Assembly: GCA_012842045.1 (NCBI GenBank)
Contig: DUTP01000003.1
Span: forward strand, 2,532 to 66,531
Direction of reading: 5' to 3'
From: Candidatus Dojkabacteria bacterium
GTDB taxonomy: Bacteria > Patescibacteriota > Dojkabacteria > SC72
DNA length: 64,000 nt
Shown here: one piece after another, positions 27,647 to 39,190 of the stretch
Numbering within the stretch: position 1 is the stretch's first letter
How the letters are laid out: each line of letters begins with the position of its first letter
Notes under the pieces: model-generated
What the model was told of the DNA's origin: nothing
Seen by the model: only the letters and a program-made list of their open reading frames with translations
Databases searched by the model: none
Program-made: the position numbers and the translations under genes

Positions 27647-28780
27647 ATGTCAGATTCTTTACTAGTAATTATTGCATTGGTTGGAGGTGTACTCTTGGGA
27701 GTAGGTATTTCTTTTCTTTTTAAAAGGGGAAGCAAGAAAGCAACTGAAGAGATGGAGGATAGTATTAGTAACAAACTAAATGAGTTACTTCCTGATGTTT
27801 TGAGTAAGGCTAATGAAGATTTAGTAAGGATGGCGAATGAGAAACTTTCTTCAGAGACAAAGCAAAACAGGGTAGATTTAGAGAATAAGCGAGAGGAGAT
27901 TACTAGGATAGTAAAGGAGATGGAGAAATATATGAAAGGGGCAGAGAAAGAGAGGATTGATACATACTCGGCTCTTAAAACTTCTGTTGATGAGAGTAGA
28001 AAGATTACAGAGCAACTATCTGTTAGTACAGAAGGTTTGAAGAAGGTTCTGTCTGATAATCAAGTTAGAGGTCAGTTTGGTGAGCAGGTAGCAGAAGATC
28101 TTCTTAAGATGGCAGGTTTTGTAAAAGGTGTAGATTATGAATTTAACAAACAGCAGGAAGGTACAAAGACTAGACCTGATTTTTCTGTATTTCTTCCTGA
28201 TGGGACAAGAATTAATGTTGATTCTAAATTTCCATATGCCAATTTACAAAAAATGTCCGAAACTGATGATAAGGGGATGAAGTTAGCATATATGAAAGAT
28301 TTTGAAAAAGATGTTAGAGAGAAGATTAAACAGGTAACATCTAGAGACTATATTAGTCCTGAGGATAATACCGTAGATTTTGTTATTCTTTTTATTCCAA
28401 ACGAGATGATCTTTTCATATATTTATGACAAGATGCCAGAGATTTGTCAGGAAGCAGTAGAGAAGAGGGTGGTCTTGGCTGGTCCTTTTAGTTTTACAGC
28501 TATGTTAAGGATGATTAGGCAGTCATATGAGAATTTTAGAGTACAGAAGAATATTCATAATATAATTGGTCATGTAAAAGAGTTTGAGAAAGAATTTGGT
28601 GTCTTTTCAGAAGCATTTTATAAAATAGGGGACAGATTAGATAGCTTACATAAGCAATATACTGATGTTAGTACTACAAGATTTAGACAGCTAGAGAGGA
28701 AAATAGATAAAGTTAAGTTAGAGGGTCTGGATAAACAACAAACAGAACAACTACTCGTAGACATAAAAAAAGAGGAATAG
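27647..28780 (+). CDS. rmuC: DNA recombination protein RmuC-like
   Basis: N-terminal TM, long coiled-coil, C-terminal DFVILFIPNEMIFSYI block typical of RmuC. Confidence 0.55.
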   Translation: MSDSLLVIIALVGGVLLGVGISFLFKRGSKKATEEMEDSISNKLNELLPDVLSKANEDLVRMANEKLSSETKQNRVDLENKREEITRIVKEMEKYMKGAEKERIDTYSALKTSVDESRKITEQLSVSTEGLKKVLSDNQVRGQFGEQVAEDLLKMAGFVKGVDYEFNKQQEGTKTRPDFSVFLPDGTRINVDSKFPYANLQKMSETDDKGMKLAYMKDFEKDVREKIKQVTSRDYISPEDNTVDFVILFIPNEMIFSYIYDKMPEICQEAVEKRVVLAGPFSFTAMLRMIRQSYENFRVQKNIHNIIGHVKEFEKEFGVFSEAFYKIGDRLDSLHKQYTDVSTTRFRQLERKIDKVKLEGLDKQQTEQLLVDIKKEE

Positions 28781-28797
28781 TGATATTCCTCTTTTTC
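28766..28797. terminator. bidirectional intrinsic terminator
   Basis: aaaaAGAGGAATagtgatATTCCTCTttttt: 8-bp stem, 6-nt loop, A-tract and T-tract on either side, between convergent genes. Confidence 0.6.
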
Positions 28798-28834
28798 ATT
28801 GACCTACTTACTTACTAGTTTATTACTTTGTTAC

Positions 28835-29470
28835 TTATTTATTTGCAGGTTTAGCTTTACCCCAAGCTAAGATTCCCCAAAGAACAATTGCTCCAATAGG
28901 AATTAATGTTAAGAGTCCTAGTAACTTCTCATGTCCTAATTTCTCACAAATCTTTATTGTAACAATTACTGTAAGTACCATGATTACTACTGAACCAACA
29001 ATTGGAATTAGTCCTAGAAGTAATAGCCAAGGGTTTTGTTCACCTAATTGGAATTTGAGTACTAAGTTTAGTATAGGTACCCATGCAAACCATGACTTTG
29101 GATGTCCTAATTTGTCAGCAACCTTTTTAAGTGTAATTGCACTGTAAATATATGTTGCTAAGGAAATTATTATAGCTGTAATATAGATACCAGCAAAGGC
29201 GAGTGCAGAAGCTCCTCCTATTAAACCGAGCAAAGGTCCTGAGATATCTTCTATATTACTATCACTAATTTCTTCTTTTAAATTTTCTAATGATACTTCT
29301 GTAGAATCTATAAGTTTACCATTCTCATACGTATCAAACATTTGGTCAAAATCAAAATCTTCTTCATATTCTATCTCGCCAATACTTTGGGCAAAAGTGC
29401 TTTCTGTATACACAAAAGGTATAAAGAGGATAAGCATAACTGCTAGTAAAATGTTTTTTACTTTCTTCAT
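28835..29470 (-). CDS. hypothetical membrane protein with signal peptide
   Basis: Signal peptide plus 3-4 C-terminal TM helices. Confidence 0.4.
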   Translation of the reverse strand: MKKVKNILLAVMLILFIPFVYTESTFAQSIGEIEYEEDFDFDQMFDTYENGKLIDSTEVSLENLKEEISDSNIEDISGPLLGLIGGASALAFAGIYITAIIISLATYIYSAITLKKVADKLGHPKSWFAWVPILNLVLKFQLGEQNPWLLLLGLIPIVGSVVIMVLTVIVTIKICEKLGHEKLLGLLTLIPIGAIVLWGILAWGKAKPANK

Positions 29471-29556
29471 ATATTAAAAAATAAAATTATATTCTTCATA
29501 TTCTAATGTATTTTGAAAAGTATGACAATATTTAAATAATATGCTAGATTGTATAT

Positions 29557-30144
29557 ATGAAAGAAGAATTTACAGTTATAGAAGGGAAGAGACCATTACT
29601 TCTCTCTGCACCACACAACTCTTTACATAAGAGGCCCAATCTTAGTGGTAGATATAGACAAGCTGAGGAATTTACAGGTGAGATAGTAAAAGAAGTTTGT
29701 GCTTTAACTGGTGCATGGGGTATATATCTATCCAAAAATATTGATTATGACCCTAGCTATTTCCCATTAGTTAGAAATCCATACAAAAAAGCAGTCAAGA
29801 GAATCTGTGAAGGAAATGATATTAAATATTTTATCGATATCCACGGAATGGCACTTGATAGTCATTTAGATTTTGCTTTTTACTATCCTTTAGGGTTTAG
29901 GAATTCAAAAAATCTAACATCATTATTAGAAGCAAATTTAGCAAAAGGGAAACTAGATGGTTGTAGTACAGTTGTGTATAATTTTCCTGAATCTTCGAGG
30001 GAAAGTCTTGGAGAATTTCTTGCTTCGAAACTTAGAATACCTTCCTCACAGATTGAGATAGCGAGATATATTCGAGAAGAAAAAGAACTTAGAGAAGTGT
30101 TTGTAAAAAATCTTGCAGATGTAATTACTAAATATTTTGTATAA
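29557..30144 (+). CDS. hypothetical protein, possibly N-formylglutamate amidohydrolase-like
   Basis: LLLSAPHNSLH ... YFIDIHGM resembles the FGase-family metal-binding blocks. Weak. Confidence 0.3.
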   Translation: MKEEFTVIEGKRPLLLSAPHNSLHKRPNLSGRYRQAEEFTGEIVKEVCALTGAWGIYLSKNIDYDPSYFPLVRNPYKKAVKRICEGNDIKYFIDIHGMALDSHLDFAFYYPLGFRNSKNLTSLLEANLAKGKLDGCSTVVYNFPESSRESLGEFLASKLRIPSSQIEIARYIREEKELREVFVKNLADVITKYFV

Positions 30145-30241
30145 AGAAATTAACCGTTAATTAAATATTTCTCCATCACTCTTTACTCTCAAGTCCCTCT
30201 CTGTTATCCTTAAACATATCTAAATTGACTACCCTATAAAA

Positions 30242-31261
30242 ATGGCAGAAGAAAAGAAAAGTACGGCAAAAACAGCTGTTGAGTCTCCTAAGAAAAAAGC
30301 AATTGATATAGCTGTCTCTCAGATTGAGAAGCAGTTTGGTAAAGGCTCCATTATGAAACTAGGAGATGAGAAAAAAATAGATATTGATGTGATCCCAACA
30401 GGTGCTCTTTCATTGGATTTAGCACTAGGCATAGGAGGTGTTCCTAAAGGTAGAATTGTTGAAATTTACGGCCCTGAATCTTCTGGTAAGACAACTTTGG
30501 CTTTACATATTTTGGCAGAAGCTCAAAAGAAGGGTGAAGCAGTCGCTTTCATTGATGCAGAGCATGCTTTTGATCCTGTATATGCTAAGAACATAGGTCT
30601 TGATATTGATAATCTTTACATCTCACAGCCAGATTTTGGAGAGCAAGCATTAGAGATTCTTGAAACTTTAGTTAGATCTGCAGCTTTTGGTGTAATTGTA
30701 GTTGACTCTGTAGCAGCATTGACACCAAGAGCAGAGATAGAAGGAGATATGGGAGATAGTCATATGGGTCTTCAAGCTAGGTTAATGTCCCAAGCTCTTA
30801 GGAAGATAACAGCTGTTGCTAGTAAGAGTGGAACAACAATTATTTTCCTCAATCAGTTGAGAATGAAGATTGGAATAATGTTTGGTAATCCTGAGACAAC
30901 AACTGGTGGTAATGCTTTGAAGTTCTACTCCTCAATTAGAATGGATATTAGACAGAAGGACAAAATTATGAAAGATGGTGTAGTGATAGGTCATTCTAGA
31001 AGAGTTAAAGTTGTGAAGAACAAGATGGCACCTCCTTTCAAAGAAGCTACATTTAATATGATATATCCAATGGGTATTGATAAAGAGAGTAGTATTTTAG
31101 ATGCTGCTATAGAATTAGGAATTGTAGAGAAATCTGGTTCTTGGATGAAGTATGGAAATGAACAGTTAGCACAAGGTCGAGATGCAGTTATAGACCTTCT
31201 AAAAACAGAAAAAAAGCTTTGTGCAAAGATAGAGAAGGATGTAAGAGCTACAATGAAATGA
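30242..31261 (+). CDS. recA: recombinase RecA
   Basis: [13 protein letters not shown] Walker A plus RecA core. 339 aa. Ends in TGA. Confidence 0.95.
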   Translation: MAEEKKSTAKTAVESPKKKAIDIAVSQIEKQFGKGSIMKLGDEKKIDIDVIPTGALSLDLALGIGGVPKGRIVEIYGPESSGKTTLALHILAEAQKKGEAVAFIDAEHAFDPVYAKNIGLDIDNLYISQPDFGEQALEILETLVRSAAFGVIVVDSVAALTPRAEIEGDMGDSHMGLQARLMSQALRKITAVASKSGTTIIFLNQLRMKIGIMFGNPETTTGGNALKFYSSIRMDIRQKDKIMKDGVVIGHSRRVKVVKNKMAPPFKEATFNMIYPMGIDKESSILDAAIELGIVEKSGSWMKYGNEQLAQGRDAVIDLLKTEKKLCAKIEKDVRATMK

Positions 31262-31938
31262 AAATAAGTGCTCTATCAACTCAGAAAAAAGACAGTAACA
31301 GAGTAAATATGTTTCTTGATGGAGAGTTTGCATGTGGTATCTCTGTCAACACTATAGCTAAATATAATCTGTTTGTAGATAAGGAGATAACTTCTGATGA
31401 ATATCAAGAAATTTTGCTTTCAGATTTAGAAGAAAGACTTTTTAACAGAGCTGCAAACTATTTAAACAGGGCAATTAAAAGTAAGAGACAGGTAAAAACA
31501 TATATCAATACTTTGTTGATAAAAAAGAAAGGAAAATGGTTTTCTCATCTTGAGAATGAACAACAGAGAGGTTTAGTAGATAAGGTTCTTGCAAAACTAG
31601 AGGAATATTCTTACATTAATGACGGAGAGTATGCGGAGCAATTTATCCTCTCCAGAATTAAAAACAAACCAAGAGGAAAAGAAGTTTTACTCTCAGAGTT
31701 ATTATCCAAAGGTATATCTAAAGAATTAGCACAGGAGAAACTAGACCTTTTAGTTGAAGATGAATATGCTATGTTAGAACAAGCGTATAGAAAAAAGTTC
31801 AAAGATGCAAAACTACAAAAAGATGATAGGAAGAAGATAGACTATTTACTTAGGAAAGGCTTTAATTGGAGTTTAATTGAAACATTCATAGAAAATGAGT
31901 CTGAGAAGTATGGGAGAGTGGATACTCCCAGAAGGTAA
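31258..31938 (+). CDS. recX: RecX-like regulatory protein
   Basis: ATGA overlap with the recA stop. Repeated helical modules (...[15 protein letters not shown]). Confidence 0.5.
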   Translation: MKISALSTQKKDSNRVNMFLDGEFACGISVNTIAKYNLFVDKEITSDEYQEILLSDLEERLFNRAANYLNRAIKSKRQVKTYINTLLIKKKGKWFSHLENEQQRGLVDKVLAKLEEYSYINDGEYAEQFILSRIKNKPRGKEVLLSELLSKGISKELAQEKLDLLVEDEYAMLEQAYRKKFKDAKLQKDDRKKIDYLLRKGFNWSLIETFIENESEKYGRVDTPRR

Positions 31939-33616
31939 AATTGAGGGTGATATTCTTAACTATCTTCTTAAGAAAAGAGGTATAGAAGATGTTGGAGGAT
32001 ATCTCTCTCCTTCTCTTAAGGATATTCCTTCATCCTCGAAACTTCATGATAGCGAAAGGGCTGCAAAAGAAATTCTCTCATCTGTTAAAAATGGAGAGAA
32101 GATTATCATTCATGGTGATTTTGACAGTGATGGTATATGTGCTAGCTCAATACTTTGGGAATTTCTCTACAGAGACCTAGCAACTTTCCTGGGACAAAAG
32201 ATAGATGTAATCCCATATATTCCTAGTAGGATAGAAGAGGGGTATGGTTTAACAGAAGACTCTCTCAACTCAGTACTTGAGCTCGGAGGGAAACTTTTAA
32301 TCTCTGTTGATTGTGGTGTTAGGGATGAGAAACTAATCAAAAAATATATGAAGGGTGGTGAAGGAAAGCAACCTTTGAAGATAGTTGTAACTGATCATCA
32401 CCAACCACCAGAAGATTTAAGTGAGGATTTAGAATATCCATTAGTACATCAGATGTATCCTAATCATGAATATCCATATACTCAAATATGTGGAACAGCA
32501 GTTGCATTTCTTCTAATACAAGAGATAAAAAAACAGGTTGGCATGGATTTTGAATTAACTCCAGAGACTAGGGGTTTAGATCTAATTGCTATGGCAACAA
32601 TTACAGATATAATGCCTCTGGTAGGGATAAACAGGATATTTGTTAAATATGGATTAGAACAGATTAGAAAAAGAAGTAGAAAAGGTTTAAACCATCTATG
32701 TCTAAGAGCTGGTCTTAATCCTGAAGATGTAAATTCATATCATCTAGGGTATGTTCTAGGTCCTAGAATCAATGCTGCAGGAAGAATAGGTTCTCCTCTA
32801 GATGCTGTTAAACTACTAGTTAGTAATGATGACAAACTATGTCAAGATATAGCAGAGGAATTAGAGAAACTTAATTTTGAAAGACAACAGTTAACTACAA
32901 ATACAAAGGAAGAGGCATTGGTTTTGATAGGGGATGTTTCTAAAAATAACGCTATTTTTGTTCTTGGTAGTGAATGGCATGATGGAATCATTGGTCTTGT
33001 TGCTGGAAAACTACAAGAAGAGTATCACAGACCTGTTATTGTAGCTACTGAGAACACAGATACTGTAAAAGGGTCTGCAAGGAGTATCTCTGGCTTTAAT
33101 ATTACTGAAGCATTAGGAGAGTTATCAAAATATTTAGAAAGATATGGCGGTCATGAATTAGCTGCTGGTTTTACTGCCAAAAAAGATTTAGTTAATGAAT
33201 TTAAAGAAGAATTCATTAAGTTTGCAAACAAACAGATTAAGAAAGAACAACTAATATCAAGAACAGAAGTAGATTTACTACTTAACACGAGTAATATTAC
33301 TAAAAAACTTGTTGAACAACTCTCATTACTTGAACCATTAGGCTTTAAAAATCCAAAACCAATAATATGTTTACAAGATTTGGTAATTGTAACTAAAACA
33401 GTTATGGGTACAGAGAAGAATCATCTAAAACTTCTTGTTAAAGGTGATGGTATAGATTTACTTCAGTTAGTTCTTTTCAATGTTGAAGATGATATTGATG
33501 TTTTAGAGAAAGATACGGTAATTGATGTAATAGGGTATCCAGATATCAATGTTTGGAATAATGTTGAGAGTATACAGTTTAAAGTGAAGGAGTGGAGGTT
33601 TACAGAGGAGAACTAG
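31895..33616 (+). CDS. recJ: single-stranded-DNA-specific exonuclease RecJ
   Basis: DHH motifs IIIHGDFDSDGICASSIL, VVTDHHQPP, and DHHA1 GGHELAAGF. Confidence 0.85.
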   Translation: MSLRSMGEWILPEGKIEGDILNYLLKKRGIEDVGGYLSPSLKDIPSSSKLHDSERAAKEILSSVKNGEKIIIHGDFDSDGICASSILWEFLYRDLATFLGQKIDVIPYIPSRIEEGYGLTEDSLNSVLELGGKLLISVDCGVRDEKLIKKYMKGGEGKQPLKIVVTDHHQPPEDLSEDLEYPLVHQMYPNHEYPYTQICGTAVAFLLIQEIKKQVGMDFELTPETRGLDLIAMATITDIMPLVGINRIFVKYGLEQIRKRSRKGLNHLCLRAGLNPEDVNSYHLGYVLGPRINAAGRIGSPLDAVKLLVSNDDKLCQDIAEELEKLNFERQQLTTNTKEEALVLIGDVSKNNAIFVLGSEWHDGIIGLVAGKLQEEYHRPVIVATENTDTVKGSARSISGFNITEALGELSKYLERYGGHELAAGFTAKKDLVNEFKEEFIKFANKQIKKEQLISRTEVDLLLNTSNITKKLVEQLSLLEPLGFKNPKPIICLQDLVIVTKTVMGTEKNHLKLLVKGDGIDLLQLVLFNVEDDIDVLEKDTVIDVIGYPDINVWNNVESIQFKVKEWRFTEEN

Positions 33617-34989
33617 TTTTTCTTTTTCTCTTCTTTTGGGATCTTTGCTATTAACTTTCCTAACCTATTTGGTGTATTAGGTAGATATGTAGACTCTAAA
33701 ACAGAGTGAAGATCTAATAGCTTCATTAAGAATCTCTCTGTTCCCATCCCAAAACCACCGTGTGGAGGACAACCATACTTAAAGTAATCAAAATATTCCT
33801 CAAGTTCTTCTAAGTGTATACCTCTCTCTTCTGCATTCTTTCTTAACTCTTCATATCTATGCTCTCTTTGTGAACCAGTAGTTATTTCAAGCCCTTTCCA
33901 GAAAAGATCAAAACCTAAGGCTAGGGTAGGGTTCTCTGGATTCTTCATATGATAGAAAGCTCTCTGTCTATGGGGATAATCAATCATAAATACAAATTCA
34001 GAACCTGTTTCTTCTAAAGCAATCTCTCCAATAGCTCTCTCTTCCTCTGGTGAGAAATCTCCCTCATCTTTACTTGGAATACCTTTTGTCTTTAGTTTCT
34101 CTTTTGCTTCTTTTACTGTCCAGTATGGGAAATCACCCTCAGGTACAACAACATCTACACCAAAAACCTCTTTAATCTCATCTCCAAAATTCTCTTTTAC
34201 AGCTTTTAATCCAGCCTTAATCATCTCTTGCTCAAAATGACAAACATCTTTGTATGAATCAATGTATGATAGTTCAACATCAAAGCTAGTATATTCAGTT
34301 AGGTGTCTTGTTGTAAATGATTTCTCTGCTCTAAATACTGGTCCAATACTAACAACTCTCTCAATATCAGCAGCCATTGCCATCTGTTTATGAAACTGTG
34401 GAGATTGTGCTAAATATGCTTTTCTATCAAAATATTTAACTTCAAATACATTTGCACCACCTTCACTAGCAGCACTAATCATTTTAGGAGGATATATCTC
34501 TTCACAACCATTTTTAATACAAAACTCTCTCATTGCTTCAATTGCAACAGTAGACACCTCTATCATCAAATGATTCTTTTTTGATCTAAGGTCTATCCAT
34601 CTGTAGTCAAGCCTTTGATCAAGTGCAGTAAGATTATCAGAATATTCTCCTTCAATTACGATGGGTAGTGGTGTTTCTGCAAGGGAATCAATTATGATGT
34701 CTTTGATCTCAACCTCATATCCCACAGCTACTTGTTTAGCTTCATTTACAACTCCTTTAATATCAACGATTGATTCATGGGTTAAACTTTTAACCTTACT
34801 AAAGAGTTCTTCTCCATTACCAACCCAACAAACAGCTTGAACAATCCCTGTTTTATCTCGAACAAGGAGGAAAATTATTTTTCCTTGGTCTCTAATAGTG
34901 TCAACTCTTCCTCTGATTCTTACTTCTTGACCTATATTGTTTTTTAAGTCTCCTATTAAAAATCTTTTCATATTCTGGCAATTATACAC
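33613..34989 (-). CDS. class II aminoacyl-tRNA synthetase, archaeal/eukaryotic-type AspRS (AsnRS not excluded)
   Basis: Motif 2 FRAEKSFTTRHLTEYTSFD. Motif 3 GGFGMGTERFLM. N-terminal OB fold. 458 aa. Confidence 0.75.
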   Translation of the reverse strand: MYNCQNMKRFLIGDLKNNIGQEVRIRGRVDTIRDQGKIIFLLVRDKTGIVQAVCWVGNGEELFSKVKSLTHESIVDIKGVVNEAKQVAVGYEVEIKDIIIDSLAETPLPIVIEGEYSDNLTALDQRLDYRWIDLRSKKNHLMIEVSTVAIEAMREFCIKNGCEEIYPPKMISAASEGGANVFEVKYFDRKAYLAQSPQFHKQMAMAADIERVVSIGPVFRAEKSFTTRHLTEYTSFDVELSYIDSYKDVCHFEQEMIKAGLKAVKENFGDEIKEVFGVDVVVPEGDFPYWTVKEAKEKLKTKGIPSKDEGDFSPEEERAIGEIALEETGSEFVFMIDYPHRQRAFYHMKNPENPTLALGFDLFWKGLEITTGSQREHRYEELRKNAEERGIHLEELEEYFDYFKYGCPPHGGFGMGTERFLMKLLDLHSVLESTYLPNTPNRLGKLIAKIPKEEKKKN

Positions 34990-34999
34990 CCAAACTTAT

Positions 35000-36349
35000 T
35001 TAGAAAAAAGTGTCTTTTTTCTCGACTTCTTCTTCAGGTGGTGGGGTAGATACTCTCTTATTCTGTATATTATCATAATCAATTGCGGGGTAGTAAATGT
35101 CAAAATCTCCTTTCATACCATCGGCAAATTCTGCTTCTCCTGAGAAAAGGTAAACAGGAACAAGAAATTCTTGTTCCTCTGGGGTTTCGTAGTATACAAT
35201 CCTAACATTCTCTGTGATTGTAAATCTCTTAACATTTTTTTGCATGTACTCAGAAACAAAATCGCCATCTTTTTCATAAAGATATACAATTTTCCCTTCT
35301 CCTGCCATTACCTTGTCAAGAGCAGCTTGTGTAGTTATTAATGGGTATGTACCACAACTATCTGGGAATACTGGCCAGTATGTAAAATCTATTTGATACA
35401 AAGATCTAAGATTAGATTGTAACTTACTTTCTTTGTTCTCAGGTCCAATATATACACTAATATTAGTGTCTTGTATGCGAGGCAGAGTTACCAAAGCATC
35501 GAATGTATATATATCAACTTTCTTGTCATTAATAGTTGTGGCAACCTTTGTTGGTTCTTTTCCAACAGCTTTAATCATTTCTTTAACCATCTCTTCAGCA
35601 CCAACAAGATTAGAACTAATTGTTATCATTGATTTCTCTCTTCTAAAGTTTACCCTTATCAAATCTGCTTGAGATAGAGAAGCTGCTTTGCGATATGTTC
35701 CATCTGAATTGATTCGAATATATGTAATACCAATACTGTCTTCTGATGTGTTCTGCATAGTATCATCAAGTTTGCCAAGTGAACTTAGAATACTTCTTGC
35801 TCTGGTCTTTGCTGTTGCTTCATCAGGTAAGGTTCCACCGTAATGGTCTGAAACCATTCTCATCTGTTGAACATCAGTTTCTAACCTAAAGTTCATATTC
35901 CTTTTGTAAACAGTTAGCCTTCTTTTATTCACAGGATCTCTCCATACATATACATCTTGGTCGTCTCCAGTCATTTTCTCTTTATCAAACCCTAGTCTAG
36001 CAGCAATATTTTCTGCCTCAAACAATGCTTGAGAGGATTGTGTTTTAAGATCATATTTATATACGTTAATAATGGATGGTAGAGTATTAACCTTCCCTGT
36101 GTCTGTATTGACACTAAAGAGGGCTTCAGATGCAGGGTCTATCTCTAAAGATGGTATGTCTAATAGTGCTTTCTCCAAGAATTCTTCTTTTGTATCCGTA
36201 CAAGCGTAGTTTGGAATTAGGTACTCTTCTGGAGGTTTGATTTTTTTAGGCCAGAAAATGATAGACAGGGTGATACCGACGATAAGGATTGCAATTATCG
36301 CTATCACACCTAATCTTCTTGTCCAGAAAGACGCCTCTGTTAATGTCAT
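35000..36349 (-). CDS. hypothetical membrane-anchored protein
   Basis: N-terminal TM VIAIIAILIVGITLSIIFW. 449 aa. Confidence 0.4.
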   Translation of the reverse strand: MTLTEASFWTRRLGVIAIIAILIVGITLSIIFWPKKIKPPEEYLIPNYACTDTKEEFLEKALLDIPSLEIDPASEALFSVNTDTGKVNTLPSIINVYKYDLKTQSSQALFEAENIAARLGFDKEKMTGDDQDVYVWRDPVNKRRLTVYKRNMNFRLETDVQQMRMVSDHYGGTLPDEATAKTRARSILSSLGKLDDTMQNTSEDSIGITYIRINSDGTYRKAASLSQADLIRVNFRREKSMITISSNLVGAEEMVKEMIKAVGKEPTKVATTINDKKVDIYTFDALVTLPRIQDTNISVYIGPENKESKLQSNLRSLYQIDFTYWPVFPDSCGTYPLITTQAALDKVMAGEGKIVYLYEKDGDFVSEYMQKNVKRFTITENVRIVYYETPEEQEFLVPVYLFSGEAEFADGMKGDFDIYYPAIDYDNIQNKRVSTPPPEEEVEKKDTFF

Positions 36350-36365
36350 GATATAATCTTACCAT

Positions 36366-38072
36366 ATGAGAACAAAAGATGAAAATATTAAGATAGCTAA
36401 ATTACTTTTTCCTGATGTAAAGGAAAAAGTAGATGATATTTTTAAAAAGTATCCAAAAAGGAATCTAGAAGAAGGAGCAATGGTTCTAAGATTTGCTCCA
36501 AGTCCAACAGGTTTCTTACACACAGGGTCGGTATATACAAGTATGGTTGGAGTAAAGTTAGCAAAACAGAGCAATGGAATTGCAATTTTAAGAATAGAGG
36601 ACACAGATAAGAAGAGGGAGGTGGAAGGTGGTATTTCTTTGATTGTTAACGGACTTAAAGGTTTTGGTATTGAATTTGATGAAGGTCCAATTAATGAAAC
36701 AGAACAAGTTGGTGAATATGGTCCATATATCCAAAGTCAAAGATTAGATATCTACAAAGTCTTTGCAAAAGATATGGTAGAGAAAGGTACCGCATATCCT
36801 TGTTTCATTACAGACGAGGAATTAGCAGAGATTAGAGAGAAGCAAGAAGAATTAGGAGTTAGAACAGGTTACTACGGTGATTGGGCTAAGTGGAGAAACG
36901 CAACTGTTGAGGAGATTGAAAAAGAAATCAAAGAAGGAAAATCTTTTGTAATTAGATTGTATTCTACTGGTGATATAGATAAGTCATTTGAAATGACAGA
37001 TAGGATTAAGGGTAGGTTTACACTTAGAGAGAATGATATGGATATTGTTTTACTTAAATCTGATGGTTTTCCTACATATCATTTTGCTCATCCAATTGAT
37101 GATACTTTAATGGGTATAACCTTAGTTATCAGAACAGAGGAGTGGTTTGCATCTGTTCCAATTCACTATGAACTTTTCCAAAAGTTAGGATTTAAACAGA
37201 TAGAGTATGCACATCCAGCACCTTTAATGAAGTTAGATAATGAAGGAAAGAGTAAGAGAAAGCTAAGTAAAAGGAAAGATCCTGAAGCAGATGTACAGTA
37301 TTACATAGAGAATGGTTATCCAAATGAAGCCATTATTGAATATTTCCTTACACTAGCAAATTCAAACTTCTATGATTGGAGGATTCAGAATTCCAATATA
37401 GATACTAATGAATTCCAATTGAAGTTAGAGAAGTTTAACAAGGCTGGAGCACTGTTTGATATTGTTAAGCTTGAAGATATTTGTAAGGATTACATTGCAA
37501 CTCTCTCTGCAGAAGAAATATATGGCAGGTCTCTTAATTGGGCAAGGGAATACGATGAGGAAGTAGCTAAGATATTAGAGGAGAACCAGGAATATTGTAT
37601 TAATATCTTTAATATTGAAAGAAGTGGACAGAAGATTAGAAAGGATATGGTTAAGTTTAAGGATAGTAAGGAACAATTAAGAATATTTTTTGACAGATTC
37701 TTTGATGAGGATAGCTATGAGGATATATCAAGTAGAGTAAGTAAGGATGTTCAGAAGGAGATAGTGCAGAAGTATATAAATATATATAACCCTGATGATG
37801 ATAGTACTGTTTGGTTTGATAATGTTAAGAAGTTAGGTGAGGAATTAGGTTTTTGTTCGGATAGGAAGGAGTATGAGACTAACAGAGAGAAATATAAGGG
37901 TACAGTAGGGGATATAGCTATGGTTCTTAGAGTAGCTATTACTAAAAAGACACAGAGTCCTGATCTTTATCAGGTTATGAATGTTTTAGGTAAAGAAAAA
38001 GTGGTTCAGAGATTGGAGAAGTATGCTGGGGAGATTTTGAAACAGAGAGAGTCCCATTGCCTTTTACCATAA
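36366..38072 (+). CDS. gltX: glutamyl-tRNA synthetase
   Basis: HIGH-region FAPSPTGFLHTGSV. KMSKS as KLSKRK. Confidence 0.85.
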   Translation: MRTKDENIKIAKLLFPDVKEKVDDIFKKYPKRNLEEGAMVLRFAPSPTGFLHTGSVYTSMVGVKLAKQSNGIAILRIEDTDKKREVEGGISLIVNGLKGFGIEFDEGPINETEQVGEYGPYIQSQRLDIYKVFAKDMVEKGTAYPCFITDEELAEIREKQEELGVRTGYYGDWAKWRNATVEEIEKEIKEGKSFVIRLYSTGDIDKSFEMTDRIKGRFTLRENDMDIVLLKSDGFPTYHFAHPIDDTLMGITLVIRTEEWFASVPIHYELFQKLGFKQIEYAHPAPLMKLDNEGKSKRKLSKRKDPEADVQYYIENGYPNEAIIEYFLTLANSNFYDWRIQNSNIDTNEFQLKLEKFNKAGALFDIVKLEDICKDYIATLSAEEIYGRSLNWAREYDEEVAKILEENQEYCINIFNIERSGQKIRKDMVKFKDSKEQLRIFFDRFFDEDSYEDISSRVSKDVQKEIVQKYINIYNPDDDSTVWFDNVKKLGEELGFCSDRKEYETNREKYKGTVGDIAMVLRVAITKKTQSPDLYQVMNVLGKEKVVQRLEKYAGEILKQRESHCLLP

Positions 38073-38179
38073 AAGGGGGTTCTCTCTCAGTTCTTAATTA
38101 TACCATTTTTTGTGCTTTAATCGCAAATTGAATTTTGTCTCATTACAACATATCTTTGTGATATAATGAATACTGATAC

Positions 38180-38250
38180 TGCCGGATCGTCTAATGGTAG
38201 GACGACGGTCTCTGGAACCGTTAATCCTAGTTCGAATCTAGGTCCGGCAA
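38180..38250 (+). tRNA. tRNA-Gln (anticodon CTG)
   Basis: TGCCGGA...TCCGGCAA with U1-A72 pair. Anticodon loop CTCTGGA. Confidence 0.75.
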
Positions 38251-38275
38251 TATATTACTTTTAAAAACAAAAGTT

Positions 38276-38959
38276 ATGACAGAGAAATATGTACAAGATA
38301 GTTTCCCAGGATTTTTTGATGATCAAGTTAAGGAGAGTCAGGCAGAAGTCCAAAAAGAGTATACAGTTCAAGTTTCTGAGCAAGAGTATATACCTGAATT
38401 TAGTAGCACACAGGATTTCTATGAAAGTCCTAAAGGTCTACGAGTACAACATAACCCCTACAGTAGAAACTATCTTGCTCTTCTTGAAAAGAATCCTTTA
38501 GGAGATATTGTACAAAAGCCTGGTTTCTTACCAATTCTTAAAGAACAAATAGAATGTGTTAGAGCTATTGGAGGGAATAGTCTTGATTATACTAAACCTA
38601 TTCCAACTGCAGGTGAGTTTGCCAAAGAAGGCAATTCCTTTGTTGGTTTATACAGAAATGGATTTAGGGGTGGGATACCAGGAGGAGATGGGGAAATTTT
38701 TAGAGCAAACACAGAGTGTCATCTGATTCAAACTTCCTTTGATGAGAGAGGTAGAAAAACAATCAAAGTGATTAAACTTTCTATGCCTTCCTATGGAGCG
38801 AAAGAGGTAGATAGTATGTTTTTTGTTACAATTGGGAAACAAAGCAAAGCTAAGTCGAATTCTGAACTACAAAAGAGAATTATGGAATTTGAGGAGAATC
38901 CTAGATCTGCAAAACCAGGAACTTTACACACACTATTTCAAGAGTTAGAAAATTTGTAA
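38276..38959 (+). CDS. hypothetical protein
   Basis: 227-aa ORF. Confidence 0.35.
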   Translation: MTEKYVQDSFPGFFDDQVKESQAEVQKEYTVQVSEQEYIPEFSSTQDFYESPKGLRVQHNPYSRNYLALLEKNPLGDIVQKPGFLPILKEQIECVRAIGGNSLDYTKPIPTAGEFAKEGNSFVGLYRNGFRGGIPGGDGEIFRANTECHLIQTSFDERGRKTIKVIKLSMPSYGAKEVDSMFFVTIGKQSKAKSNSELQKRIMEFEENPRSAKPGTLHTLFQELENL

Positions 38960-39190
38960 GAAAACATATACAGAAGAAAATGATAGGGTATGAGTTTGTT
39001 GATGTATTCTTTTACCTTTTTAGAATGGCAGGAAGAACAGGTATTGATATGGATAAATGTTTTCAAGAGAAATACAAGAAATTAGAAGAGAAATATTACA
39101 TAGGATCAGATCCAACAGCTCAACATGAGAAGTATAGGAAAGAGGGGAAGAATAAATTGTATGAATAATTGTTAAAGCCAACCCTTTCTA

